DNA of 64,000 bases from Salinivirgaceae bacterium (lineage in GTDB: Bacteria; Bacteroidota; Bacteroidia; Bacteroidales; SZUA-534): NCBI GenBank assembly GCA_017551905.1, contig JAFZKK010000149.1, forward strand, positions 9 through 64,008, given 5' to 3'. The stretch's first letter is position 1. Every line of letters begins with the position of its first letter. The notes under the pieces were generated by a model, which worked only from the letters and a program-made list of their open reading frames with translations, made no database searches and was not told the DNA's origin. Shown here piece by piece: positions 35,102 to 44,545 of the stretch. The translations under genes and the position numbers were made by a program.

Positions 35102-37435
35102 TTATGATTTAGTGTCAGCGTTAGTGTCTGTGTCAGCGTTAGTGTCAGTGTCAGTGTTTGCGTTATTTATGCTTTGCCGCAGCAATTCTATTTCCGACAA
35201 CACATCGGTGCTGACCGATATGAAGTTGGTTACGATTCCTGCATACGTGTCGATGTCTTCGCCGGTTTTGGTTTTCTTCTCAAGCGTGGCCATGTCGAGA
35301 CGCAACGACTCAATACCCATAAGCGCCACCGATGATTTGGTCTTGTGCGCTATTGCCCCAAGTTGCGCATAATTCTTTTCTTGCAAAGCTTTTTCGAGCC
35401 CTACGGCCAATATCGGCATCTGTTGCACAAAAACATCAATCAGTTCTTGTTTGAATTTGTTGTCGCCGCCCGTAATCGAGTCTAAATGAGCCGGATTGAT
35501 GAACTTGAAATTGTTATATTCCGTAGCGGTTTCTGTTGCGGGCTGTTGCTCGGCGGCTGGTGCCTTTTTGCCGATATGCTTTTGAATCATGTTGATAAGG
35601 TCTTGTGTCTCAAATGGTTTCGAAATATAATCGTCCATTCCGGCGGCAAGACATTTCTCTTTTTCGCCTTTTATCGCAGCTGCGGTCAGCGCAATGATTG
35701 GTATGGTGCGTTTTTCCTGATTTTCCATCTTCCTGATGACCGAAGTGGCAGTGTAACCGTCCATTTCCGGCATGTGTAAGTCCATAAGTATCACGTCGAA
35801 AGGCTCTTTTTTGAGTAGGTCGATGACTACTTTTCCGTTTGGCGCAACCATTATGTTGAAGTCTTTTTTCAAGATTGTCTTCACAAACAATTGGTTTATC
35901 TCGTTGTCTTCGGCCAACAGAATGTTTGGTGTGTAATTGAGCAACTTCTCTGGCTTGTTTGTGCTTGATTCTGTGCTCTTTGTCACAACGGGTTCTTTGC
36001 TGTGCTTGTAAGTTATCTCCAAACAGAAGCTACTGCCCAATCCGTTTTCGCTGTTGAGCGTAATGTTGCCGCCTTGCAGCTCGGCAAGCTGTTTCGAAAT
36101 GGTCAGTCCCAAGCCGGTGCCGCCGTATTTGCGGGTGGTGTCGCTACTTGCTTGTGAGAAGCTCGAGAAAATAAGCTCTTGCTTGTCTTTAGGTATGCCG
36201 ATGCCGGTGTCGTGTACAATGAAATTCAGTTTGCTGGAGTTTTTGGTCTGGCTTACCACGCTGACTGTAAGTGTGATACCGCCATATTCGGTGAATTTGA
36301 GCGCATTGCTCAAAAGGTTGTTCAGAATCTGGTTCAGCCTTGTCGGGTCGCCGATAACGTTCTCTGGTGTGCGCGGGTCGGTGTTCACTTTGAAGTACAG
36401 ACCTTTGTTTTTGGTGTGCTGCGTGTAAATGGCTGACAGATTTTCGATTATATTGTGCAGATTGAAACTGATGTTCTCAATCTCCATTTTTCCGGCCTCA
36501 ATTTTCGAGAAGTCGAGAATGTCGTTTATGATTATCAGTAGGTTGTTGGCCGATATGGTGATGTTGTTAAGGAAAGTGTGCTGTTCCTCAGTTAGTTTAG
36601 TCTCGTTAAGCAGCCGTGCCATACCCACAATTCCGTTCATAGGCGTGCGTATCTCGTGGCTCATGTTGGCAAGGAACTGGTCTTTCACTTTTGCCAGATT
36701 CTCGGCTTGCTCCTTGGCTATTGTCAGGTCGATGTTCTGTTTTTTTATCTGCCGAATCATCATGTTGAAGCCTTTCATCAGCTCGCCAATCTCATCGTTG
36801 CGCTTTTCGATTTTTTTAACCTGATAATCAGTAATATCCGACATTGTGCGCATGGTTATTGTCAGGTCGATGATTGGGTTTGTGATGGCGTCCTGCATCT
36901 TGCTCGACAGCAGCAGCGCGATAATCATCGACACAATTATCATTATCAGCACCACTTGAGCCAGCTGTTTTATGTGCATGTGATATTCGTCGAGGCTGGC
37001 TTGCAGGAATATGGAGCCGATTTTTTCATCGTCAAGTATTATTATCCGGCTGACAAGCAATGCGTTATCGACAAAGGCGAATGTGTCGCGCTCCGATATG
37101 AAATTCAGGTTGGTGTTGCTGTATTTGGCCGATTTGGTGTATTCGGCAAAAATGCGGTTGTTGTTGTCGTAGATTCGGGCGGCGCAGATGTTTGTATCGA
37201 CGCTGAGTGTCTGCAGCACCGTTTGCGCCTCCTCGGGGTAATCGAACGTGATGTTGGCGGTGTTGTTGCTACCGACAATGTCGGCAAGTATTGTCAGGTT
37301 GTTGAGCGCCTGACGGTCGAACTGCCGCTTGTCGTAGCGGGCAAAGATGATACTTGCTATGACAATGGCTATAAAGCTGATTATCATCACAAGTATGGTG
37401 ATTTTCGTACGTATCGATAAATCCTTAAAACTCAT
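35102..37435 (-). CDS. hybrid sensor histidine kinase / response regulator (TM sensor, HAMP, HisKA, HATPase_c, REC, HPt)
   Basis: H-box [17 protein letters not shown] boxes ([29 protein letters not shown]). Receiver ([11 protein letters not shown]...[12 protein letters not shown]). HPt ([11 protein letters not shown]). The 5' end overlaps the upstream yfiR-like gene by 11 nt. Confidence 0.9.
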   Translation of the reverse strand: MSFKDLSIRTKITILVMIISFIAIVIASIIFARYDKRQFDRQALNNLTILADIVGSNNTANITFDYPEEAQTVLQTLSVDTNICAARIYDNNNRIFAEYTKSAKYSNTNLNFISERDTFAFVDNALLVSRIIILDDEKIGSIFLQASLDEYHMHIKQLAQVVLIMIIVSMIIALLLSSKMQDAITNPIIDLTITMRTMSDITDYQVKKIEKRNDEIGELMKGFNMMIRQIKKQNIDLTIAKEQAENLAKVKDQFLANMSHEIRTPMNGIVGMARLLNETKLTEEQHTFLNNITISANNLLIIINDILDFSKIEAGKMEIENISFNLHNIIENLSAIYTQHTKNKGLYFKVNTDPRTPENVIGDPTRLNQILNNLLSNALKFTEYGGITLTVSVVSQTKNSSKLNFIVHDTGIGIPKDKQELIFSSFSQASSDTTRKYGGTGLGLTISKQLAELQGGNITLNSENGLGSSFCLEITYKHSKEPVVTKSTESSTNKPEKLLNYTPNILLAEDNEINQLFVKTILKKDFNIMVAPNGKVVIDLLKKEPFDVILMDLHMPEMDGYTATSVIRKMENQEKRTIPIIALTAAAIKGEKEKCLAAGMDDYISKPFETQDLINMIQKHIGKKAPAAEQQPATETATEYNNFKFINPAHLDSITGGDNKFKQELIDVFVQQMPILAVGLEKALQEKNYAQLGAIAHKTKSSVALMGIESLRLDMATLEKKTKTGEDIDTYAGIVTNFISVSTDVLSEIELLRQSINNANTDTDTNADTDTNADTKS
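35111..35158 (-). repeat. coding copy of the (ACTGAC/ACTAAC-type) hexanucleotide repeat, encoding the kinase tail [16 protein letters not shown]
   Basis: The minus strand reads AACACTGACACTGACACTAACGCTGACACAGACACTAACGCTGACACT. The first 21 nt are identical to 12078-12098. Confidence 0.9.
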
Positions 37436-37973
37436 CTTCCTTGGTCGATATTATTTTTGCGAGCAGCAGCAGTTTGGGGCTGATTTTCACACCGATACCG
37501 TCGGCGGCGTCTTTGTTTATCTCAAACTGGTGCTTCGAGAACTGCGGCATGAAATTGATTATTCCGCCCGTTATGCAGAATCCCGCTATTTCGTCGCCTA
37601 TGGTCACTATCGGCTTCTTGTCGATGGCTTTCAGAACCTGCATTATCTCGTGTTGCCTGGTGCCCGAAAGAATCAATATGTGGCAGTTTCCAATATCGTT
37701 AGTGTTGTTTACCCGTCTGATGTTCCAGCTGCGGCCGTTGGCTTTCCGGCCTATCATGGTCTTTTCCAGAATGATACCGAACGGGTCGTCTTTGTAGATG
37801 CACAGTTGAATGGTGTCGCCGATGTAGTTTTCGGGCCACTCTATGAATTTCGCAAAGTTGAAGATGTAGGCCGCTTTAACCTCATATTCAGAATATTGCG
37901 CGTGCGCGCTGCCAGCAATCAAGCTTAAGACCGCTATCGCTCCGACTATCGTTATGTTTCTGATTGTCTTCAT
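37425..37973 (-). CDS. YfiR-family (DUF4154) periplasmic protein
   Basis: Signal peptide, then [20 protein letters not shown], the hallmark N-terminal motif of DUF4154/YfiR proteins. Confidence 0.8.
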   Translation of the reverse strand: MKTIRNITIVGAIAVLSLIAGSAHAQYSEYEVKAAYIFNFAKFIEWPENYIGDTIQLCIYKDDPFGIILEKTMIGRKANGRSWNIRRVNNTNDIGNCHILILSGTRQHEIMQVLKAIDKKPIVTIGDEIAGFCITGGIINFMPQFSKHQFEINKDAADGIGVKISPKLLLLAKIISTKEDEF

Positions 37974-37979
37974 AATAGC

Positions 37980-40442
37980 TTAATCTTTAAGTTCGAAAAG
38001 GTTTATCTCTACGCGGCGGTAGTTCATCTCGCGCGTTTTAGCTTCGTAGCGCCCGTGCTCGGTCGATTCGCCATGGCCTTGGGTTATTATCTTTCGTCCG
38101 TCGACATTTTGTTCGAGCAGATACTTCAGAACGTTCTGCGCTCGTCGTTGCGACAGGCTGTAGTTGTGCTCGGCTTCGCCCAGTTGGTCGGCGTAACCGT
38201 TAATCTCAGCACCTATCTTTTCGTTGTCAATCAGCAAGTTGATAATTTGCTGAAGGCCTTTTTTGTCTTTTTCTGTCAGCTCGCTCAAATCGTTACCATA
38301 ATATATGGTGTGCGTGTAGACAATTTTCCGCTGTTCTTGTTGCGATGTCTTGAACTGAGCCAGTTTGCTCTCTTTCTTGTCTTCGTTGTTGGCAACACGT
38401 CGGGGATGCGAGTAGCGGCGGCTGAGGTCGATAGGAGCGGCGGTGTAGAAGGTGTCGCGGCCTATGACTTGCATTGTCAGTGAGTTGTTTTGGTCGCCGT
38501 CGGTGTAGAAGTGTGTCTCGGTAACTTTGCCTTTCTGTTTCGAGTTGGCGTCAAGAATGCTCAGCGTCACGGGGTCGTTGGTGTTGATGGCGTCCTCAAT
38601 CATGTTGAGCAAGTTGTCGGTGTTCTCTTTCAGCTTCTGTTTGTTGCCCTGCGTGTATGTGGCGTCGGAGTAGTTCAGTTTGCTTATGGTGTCCGATGTC
38701 TGGATTATATTCTCCACTAAATCAAGAAGATGCTCGTAGTACTTTGGTTGCTTGAGCGAGTCGTTTTGTTTTATCGAGTCGGCTTCGTTTGTCTGGTAGA
38801 TGTCGTAGAAGATGTTGTTGACAATCACTTCCTCGCCTATGCTCTTGTTGTTCAGTTCGATAGGCGTAAGCGTTATCTCTTGATACAGCTCGTAGAAATA
38901 GTTCTGATAGGGGATGTGGACGCTGATGAGCTGCGGCATGAAGTTGGGTGTCGAAATCACCAGTTGGTAGTTCTTTGCCGGCGGGAAAATCATCAGGTAT
39001 TTGCCTGTTTTTGAATCGGGTGTGTAGACATATTTTACCTCCTCCTGGGTGTTTTTGTCATACACTTTTATGTCCACCTTCAAAGGTTTGCCCGTGTCGC
39101 CGGCTTTGACGGTTCCTTTAACAAGTGTCAGCGGAATGGGGTCGGTGTAGTCGGCCTTCATTATCGACTGCCTGTTGTAAGGATTGTTCTTCGACGACGC
39201 GAAATAGCCCGTCTCACCGCTTGCGTTCAGCATAAAGTTGAAGTCGTCGAGCGTGGTGTTTGTAAAGCCCATATTTTCCGGCTCGGTCCAGCCGTTGAAC
39301 TGCCGTGTGGTGCGGAAGATGTCGCGGCCGCCCATTGTCTTGTGTCCCTCAGAGCTGAAGAAGAGCGTGCGTCCGTCATAGTGTATGGTTGGCGCGTCCT
39401 CGTCATATTTGGTGTTCACCTTGTCGCCAAGGTTCTCGGGCTCGCCCCATTCGCCTTTCTTGTTGATAGTCGATACGTAGATGTCGCGGCCACCAAGTCC
39501 GCCCGGGCGGTCACTCACAAAATAGAGTTTGGTGCCGTCGGGGGTGATGCTGGCTGAGCCTTCATAATAAGGTGTGTTTATGTTCTTGTTCAGCTTTTTG
39601 ATGTCGCTGATGGTTTTGCCTTGCAGCTGCCCGATGTAGATGTCCTGGTTAAGACCATCGCCGATGTTCAGGAAAACCGAGCGTCCGTCGGGCGACAGGC
39701 CGGCCAGACGTATCTCGTGGTTCAGCAATTTATGCTCGGCTACAATCTCAACTTTTTCGGCCCGCCGCCAGTTGTCGAGCGAGTCTTTGGTCGAAATCAT
39801 TATGCTTTTGGTTGTGGGCACGCCCTTGCCAAAGTTGTATTCGCGCATCAGCAACATTATGCTTTCGTCGGCGCTAATCAGCGGAAAATAGTCCGATTCG
39901 GTCGAGAACAGGCCATTCACGGCTTCAACCTTCACTTTGTAGGGACGGTCCATTATCTTTATGGCTGTCTCGCAAATCGTAATCATGCGTTTGCAGTAGT
40001 TCAGCTTGTTGATGTCGGCGTTGTTGGTCTTGGCTGTTTTCGAAATGTATTTGTTGTACTCTTTTATGGCGTCTTCAAACCGATATTCGACATGATAGGC
40101 GTCGCCCAGGTAGATTATAGCGTCCATTGGGATGAGCGTGCCCGACGACGGCGCCACCTCTTCCAGATATTTTATCGACTGGTATTTGTTGGCTTGCGAG
40201 TTAAGGTAGCAAATGCCGATGTGGTAGGGCAGATTGATATCGTCGATAATCGAATCGAGCTTCAGATAGAGCGGAAGCGCTTTCTCATATTGGCCTGCGG
40301 TGAAGTAGTTGTGCGCCGTTTTGAACATTTTGCGTTCCGACTGCGAATACTGAGCGACAGCATGATGACTCACCGTCAGCAACAAAATGCCGACAGCAAT
40401 CTTACCGATTAAACTTTTTACACAAATTTTGTTTGAAGTCAT
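37980..40442 (-). CDS. OmpA-family outer-membrane protein with TPR, PD40/TolB-like beta-propeller repeats, beta-sandwich and C-terminal OmpA peptidoglycan-binding domain
   Basis: PD40-like repeats (SPDGRSVFL, TPDGTKLYFVSDRPGGLGGRDIYVS, DGRTLFFSSEGHKTMGGRDIF). OmpA_C (INGYADQLGEAEHNYSLSQRRAQNV...RRVEINL). Confidence 0.85.
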   Translation of the reverse strand: MTSNKICVKSLIGKIAVGILLLTVSHHAVAQYSQSERKMFKTAHNYFTAGQYEKALPLYLKLDSIIDDINLPYHIGICYLNSQANKYQSIKYLEEVAPSSGTLIPMDAIIYLGDAYHVEYRFEDAIKEYNKYISKTAKTNNADINKLNYCKRMITICETAIKIMDRPYKVKVEAVNGLFSTESDYFPLISADESIMLLMREYNFGKGVPTTKSIMISTKDSLDNWRRAEKVEIVAEHKLLNHEIRLAGLSPDGRSVFLNIGDGLNQDIYIGQLQGKTISDIKKLNKNINTPYYEGSASITPDGTKLYFVSDRPGGLGGRDIYVSTINKKGEWGEPENLGDKVNTKYDEDAPTIHYDGRTLFFSSEGHKTMGGRDIFRTTRQFNGWTEPENMGFTNTTLDDFNFMLNASGETGYFASSKNNPYNRQSIMKADYTDPIPLTLVKGTVKAGDTGKPLKVDIKVYDKNTQEEVKYVYTPDSKTGKYLMIFPPAKNYQLVISTPNFMPQLISVHIPYQNYFYELYQEITLTPIELNNKSIGEEVIVNNIFYDIYQTNEADSIKQNDSLKQPKYYEHLLDLVENIIQTSDTISKLNYSDATYTQGNKQKLKENTDNLLNMIEDAINTNDPVTLSILDANSKQKGKVTETHFYTDGDQNNSLTMQVIGRDTFYTAAPIDLSRRYSHPRRVANNEDKKESKLAQFKTSQQEQRKIVYTHTIYYGNDLSELTEKDKKGLQQIINLLIDNEKIGAEINGYADQLGEAEHNYSLSQRRAQNVLKYLLEQNVDGRKIITQGHGESTEHGRYEAKTREMNYRRVEINLFELKD

Positions 40443-40466
40443 CGTTTCGCTTTATTTGTGATATTC

Positions 40467-40474
40467 AAAGTTAT
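40467..40474 (-). promoter_or_regulatory. Bacteroidetes-type -7 promoter box (TAACTTTG on minus strand)
   Basis: Exact TAnnTTTG match 25 nt upstream of the minus-strand ATG at 40442. Confidence 0.45.
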
Positions 40475-40516
40475 GATTTTTACTTTTATTGCAAACTAAT
40501 AAATCCGTTTTGAATC

Positions 40517-41314
40517 ATGTCTTTTTTCAATGGATTGATAAACAGATTGTTTCCCGCGAAAAATCTTTCTTCAGCCATGCGTCGGGCGGGCTATTTGAAA
40601 GACCAGACGGGCATCCGCAGGCGTTATGAGCGCGAACAAGAGCCATGGCAACAGCATATCGACAACACGCGGAGGTTTATTGTTGAGTCGGCGCGGAAAG
40701 TGGCAAGCCACAAGTCGGTGGCGGTGCTCGGCAGCGGCTGGTTGCTCGATGTGCCTGTCGATGAGCTATCGCAAATGTTTGAGAATGTGTATCTTGTCGA
40801 CATTGTGCACCCTGAGCCGGTAAAAGTGCGGGCGCGCAAACTGGGCAATGTGCATCTGGTGGAGGCCGACCTCACTGGTGGCGCCGTGCAGATGGCTGTC
40901 AACGCACGCTCGTTTCAGCAATTTGTTGACAATTTGAAGAATATCAAACCTGATGCTGAGCTGTCGGGGTACGATTTTGTGGTGTCGGTCAATTTGCTCA
41001 ATCAGCTCGATATAATAATGTGCGACTATCTGCAAGAACGATTCTGTGTTGATAATCAGCAACTTGAGCCGGTGCGCGCCATGGTTCAGCAACGCCATAT
41101 CGACAGTCTGCCAATCGAAAAAAGCTGCCTGATAACTGATTATCAGCAAATTGACACTGATATAGACGGCGCGGTTACCGCCACAGTCAATCTTCTTCAT
41201 TGCAAACTGCCCGATGTGGGCGAAAAAAAGGAGTGGAATTGGCTGTTTGACACCAATCAGCGTTATTCTGTAAAAAATAACACCACATTTAAGGTAATGG
41301 CTTTTTGTTTTTAG
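40517..41314 (+). CDS. hypothetical protein, possibly class I SAM-dependent methyltransferase fold
   Basis: Rossmann-like pattern VAVLGSGWLLD ... VYLVDIVHP ... DFVVSVNLLNQL, read by eye. There is no firm family assignment. Confidence 0.35.
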   Translation: MSFFNGLINRLFPAKNLSSAMRRAGYLKDQTGIRRRYEREQEPWQQHIDNTRRFIVESARKVASHKSVAVLGSGWLLDVPVDELSQMFENVYLVDIVHPEPVKVRARKLGNVHLVEADLTGGAVQMAVNARSFQQFVDNLKNIKPDAELSGYDFVVSVNLLNQLDIIMCDYLQERFCVDNQQLEPVRAMVQQRHIDSLPIEKSCLITDYQQIDTDIDGAVTATVNLLHCKLPDVGEKKEWNWLFDTNQRYSVKNNTTFKVMAFCF

Positions 41315-41378
41315 GCCGAACTTTATAATTTTAGCGTTTTTCAGTAAATGAATTTGGATAACATTTAAGTTCAATATT

Positions 41379-42437
41379 ATGACAAGATTACGACTTATTT
41401 CCATTGCTGGAACACTGTTGATTTCCCTGTCGGGAATGGCTCAAAATGCCGTCAATAAAGATTCCACACTTGTAGTGGCCGACAATCAGGAGGCCGAAGT
41501 GGCATTTAATGCCGGCAACGATTTTGTTGCGCAAAAGAATTATCAAGAGGCGATAAACAGCTTCACTAAAGCTTTGTCGGTGAACCCGAAATTTACCAAG
41601 GCCATGGTGAACAGAGCTTTCGCCAAGTCGGAAATGGCCGATTACAGCGGCGCCATAACCGATTTCACAATGGCTATCGAGATTGAGGAGTCGCCTGTGG
41701 CTTACTACGGACGCGGTCTGGCTTACTTCAACCAGAACAACTCGAGCGACGCGCTCAACGATTTCGAGCTTGCCATAAAAGCCGGCTACGACGAGGCAAA
41801 GGTTTACTATTACGCCGGTGTCGCTCATTTTGAGTGCGGCAACTACGAGGAGAGTGTCAACAACCTAACGCTTTCAATCACCTTCGACGGCAACAACGCC
41901 CAGGCCTACAACGACCGCGGCAGCGCCAAGCGTATGAAGGAGGATTACGACGGCGCCATTGCGGATTATCAGCAAGCTATCAAGATTGACCCGAAGCTGG
42001 CCACAGCCTATAACAACCTTGCCAGTGCATTGCTCAAGAAGGGCAACATCGACGATGCCATAAGCAACTACGGTCTGGCTATCGGTCTCGACCAGGATTA
42101 TGTTATCGCCTACAACAACCGCGCTCGCGCCAAGTTTGAGAAGAATGACTTCGACGGAATGATTGCCGATTGCCAGAAGGCTGTCGAGATAAATCCGAAC
42201 TACGCATACGCATATAATAATATGGGTATCGCCCAGATGAAGAAGAAAGACTACGATGCCGCTTACCAGTCGTTCAGCAAGGCCATTCAGGTGAACGAGA
42301 ATTTTGCCGAGGCTTATCTGAATCGCGGTTCGTGCCTCGAAATGCAGCGCAAGTTTGAAGACGCCGTTGCCGACTGGCGCATGGCTTACAAACTTGGCAT
42401 CACCAAGGCCAGAAACTATATCTCATTCTACGAATAA
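41379..42437 (+). CDS. secreted tetratricopeptide-repeat protein
   Basis: Signal peptide plus about 8 canonical 34-aa TPR units (A..Y..RG.A....DY.GAI.D...AI..DP). Confidence 0.8.
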   Translation: MTRLRLISIAGTLLISLSGMAQNAVNKDSTLVVADNQEAEVAFNAGNDFVAQKNYQEAINSFTKALSVNPKFTKAMVNRAFAKSEMADYSGAITDFTMAIEIEESPVAYYGRGLAYFNQNNSSDALNDFELAIKAGYDEAKVYYYAGVAHFECGNYEESVNNLTLSITFDGNNAQAYNDRGSAKRMKEDYDGAIADYQQAIKIDPKLATAYNNLASALLKKGNIDDAISNYGLAIGLDQDYVIAYNNRARAKFEKNDFDGMIADCQKAVEINPNYAYAYNNMGIAQMKKKDYDAAYQSFSKAIQVNENFAEAYLNRGSCLEMQRKFEDAVADWRMAYKLGITKARNYISFYE

Positions 42438-42449
42438 TCTGATAATACG

Positions 42450-44501
42450 ATGAATATGAAAAAATTATATATTGTTTTGATTGCGGTTTTGTGCAGCTCA
42501 GCCGCATTTGCGCAAGATGTTCCTTTCGACAAGAATTTATTCCAGAATCAGAAAGACGCTTTTAAGGAGGCTAACAACAACCTGAAAGACGGTGAGTCGT
42601 ATTACAGCAAGGAGCAATACCATGAGGCTCTTCAGTATTATCTTGAGGCTCAGAAGTTTAACCCGAATTTCTCTACATTGAACTATCGTATTGGCGTGTG
42701 CTATATGAACTTGTCGGCCAAATACAAAAGTCTTGAATATTTTGAAAAGGCCTACCAGTTGCGCCGCGATGTCGCCGACGACATTCATCTGATGCTTGCT
42801 CGCAGCTATCATCTTAACAATCAGTTCGATAAAGCTATTGCGGAATACAAGGCTCACATAGCTGTCATTCCGCCGGTTGATGCTCCCAAAGAGCGCCCGC
42901 TGATTGAGAAATACATTGCTGAGTGCAACGCCGGAAAAGCCATGATTGAAGAGCCGGCCCGCGCTTTTGTCGATAATGCAGGCTCGGTGCTCAACTCGCG
43001 CTTCAACGACCATAGTCCGCTGATTTCAGCCGACGAGTCGATGATGATTTTCACATCGACGCGCAACAACGGCCGTACAGTCAATGGTTACGACGGTCAG
43101 TACGACGAGGACATCTACACCAGTATCAATGTCGATAAGAATTGGAAAGTTCCGGAGTCGATAGGTGAGCCAATTAACACGCAGTTCGACGATGCTACCG
43201 TGGGTTTGTTCCCCGACGGTCAGCAACTTCTTATCTACAACGGACGTAAGGGTAGTGGCGACATCGAGGTTTGCTCGCTGAAAGGCGACAAGTGGGAGTA
43301 CCCGAAGTCGATGCCGAAACCAATCAACACTGAATATCGTGAGACCTCGGCTTGCTTCTCGCCCGATGGACGGCAAATCTATTTCGTGAGCGACCGTCCG
43401 GGCGGATACGGTGGCAGCGATATTTATGTGAGCACACGCGGCCCGAAAGACAAATGGAGCGAGCCGGTGAACCTTGGCCCGACTATCAATTCGGAATATG
43501 ACGAGGAGGCAGTGTTTATGCACCCTGATGGCCGTACGCTCTATTTCAGCTCGACCGGCCACAATACAATGGGCGGCTACGACATCTTCACATCAAGAAT
43601 GGACGACAGCGGCAAATGGAGCGAGCCTGTCAATCTGGGCTATCCAATCAACTCGTCGGACCACGACCTTTGCTTTGTGATTTCGGCAAACGGACGCCAC
43701 GGCTATTTCAGTAGCACACGTCCCGACGGCTCTGGCGGTCTGGATATCTATCGTGTAACCTTCCTCGGACCCGAAAAGCCATACACTCTGTCGGGTGAGG
43801 ACAACCTGATTTCGGCGCGCTCGCAACCGGTTTCCGATATGGTTATGGAGGCTTCGGTTGAGCTTGTCACCATTCGCTTGACAATTGTAAAAGGCACTGT
43901 CCGCGACGCTATCAGCAATGACCCGGTAAGCGCAACTATCGATATTATTGATAATGAGAAGAATGAGGTCATCTTCACCTCACAGACCAACTCCGCTACC
44001 GGTAAATTCCTTGTCTCGCTGCCTTCTGGTAAGAACTACGGTCTGGCTGTGAAAGCCGACAACTATCTGTTCCATTCGGAGAACTTCGATATTCCGGCTG
44101 CAACTGAGTATCAGGAGATTGAGAAGGATATCGCTTTGAACAACATCAAGAAAGACGTGAAGATAATCCTGAAAAACGTCTTCTTTGAGACAGGCAGCGC
44201 CAAGTTGAAACCGACATCGTACGCCGAGCTGGGCCGTCTGACAAAGATGATGAGCGACATGCCGGCAATGCGCATCGAGATTTCGGGACACACCGACAAC
44301 CAGGGCAGCAAGGTTACCAACCAACGTCTGTCGGAGGCTCGTGCCAAGGCCGTTGTCGACTTCCTGATTTCGGAAGGTGTCGATGCAAGCCGTCTTGAGT
44401 ACAAGGGCTACGCTTTCGACCAGCCGGTGGCCGACAACTCCACCAAGGAGGGACGCGCAATGAACCGCCGTGTCGAGTTTAAGGTGTTGAGTACAGAATA
44501 A
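42450..44501 (+). CDS. OmpA-family outer-membrane protein with TPR, PD40/TolB-like repeats, beta-sandwich and OmpA_C domain (paralog of 37980-40442)
   Basis: Same architecture and motifs as the paralog (SPDGRQIYFVSDRPGGYGGSDIYVS, DGRTLYFSSTGHNTMGGYDIF). OmpA_C is ISGHTDNQGSKVTNQRLSEARAKAV...NRRVEFKV. Confidence 0.85.
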   Translation: MNMKKLYIVLIAVLCSSAAFAQDVPFDKNLFQNQKDAFKEANNNLKDGESYYSKEQYHEALQYYLEAQKFNPNFSTLNYRIGVCYMNLSAKYKSLEYFEKAYQLRRDVADDIHLMLARSYHLNNQFDKAIAEYKAHIAVIPPVDAPKERPLIEKYIAECNAGKAMIEEPARAFVDNAGSVLNSRFNDHSPLISADESMMIFTSTRNNGRTVNGYDGQYDEDIYTSINVDKNWKVPESIGEPINTQFDDATVGLFPDGQQLLIYNGRKGSGDIEVCSLKGDKWEYPKSMPKPINTEYRETSACFSPDGRQIYFVSDRPGGYGGSDIYVSTRGPKDKWSEPVNLGPTINSEYDEEAVFMHPDGRTLYFSSTGHNTMGGYDIFTSRMDDSGKWSEPVNLGYPINSSDHDLCFVISANGRHGYFSSTRPDGSGGLDIYRVTFLGPEKPYTLSGEDNLISARSQPVSDMVMEASVELVTIRLTIVKGTVRDAISNDPVSATIDIIDNEKNEVIFTSQTNSATGKFLVSLPSGKNYGLAVKADNYLFHSENFDIPAATEYQEIEKDIALNNIKKDVKIILKNVFFETGSAKLKPTSYAELGRLTKMMSDMPAMRIEISGHTDNQGSKVTNQRLSEARAKAVVDFLISEGVDASRLEYKGYAFDQPVADNSTKEGRAMNRRVEFKVLSTE

Positions 44502-44506
44502 TTTAA

Positions 44507-44545
44507 GGCGCACCGCTGGAATGCCGGCGGTGTGCTTCTTTTTTT
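44507..44545 (+). terminator. rho-independent terminator
   Basis: GGCGCACCGC (44507-44516) pairs with GCGGTGTGCT (44527-44536), with two G-U pairs and a 10-nt loop. TCTTTTTTT follows. Confidence 0.7.
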
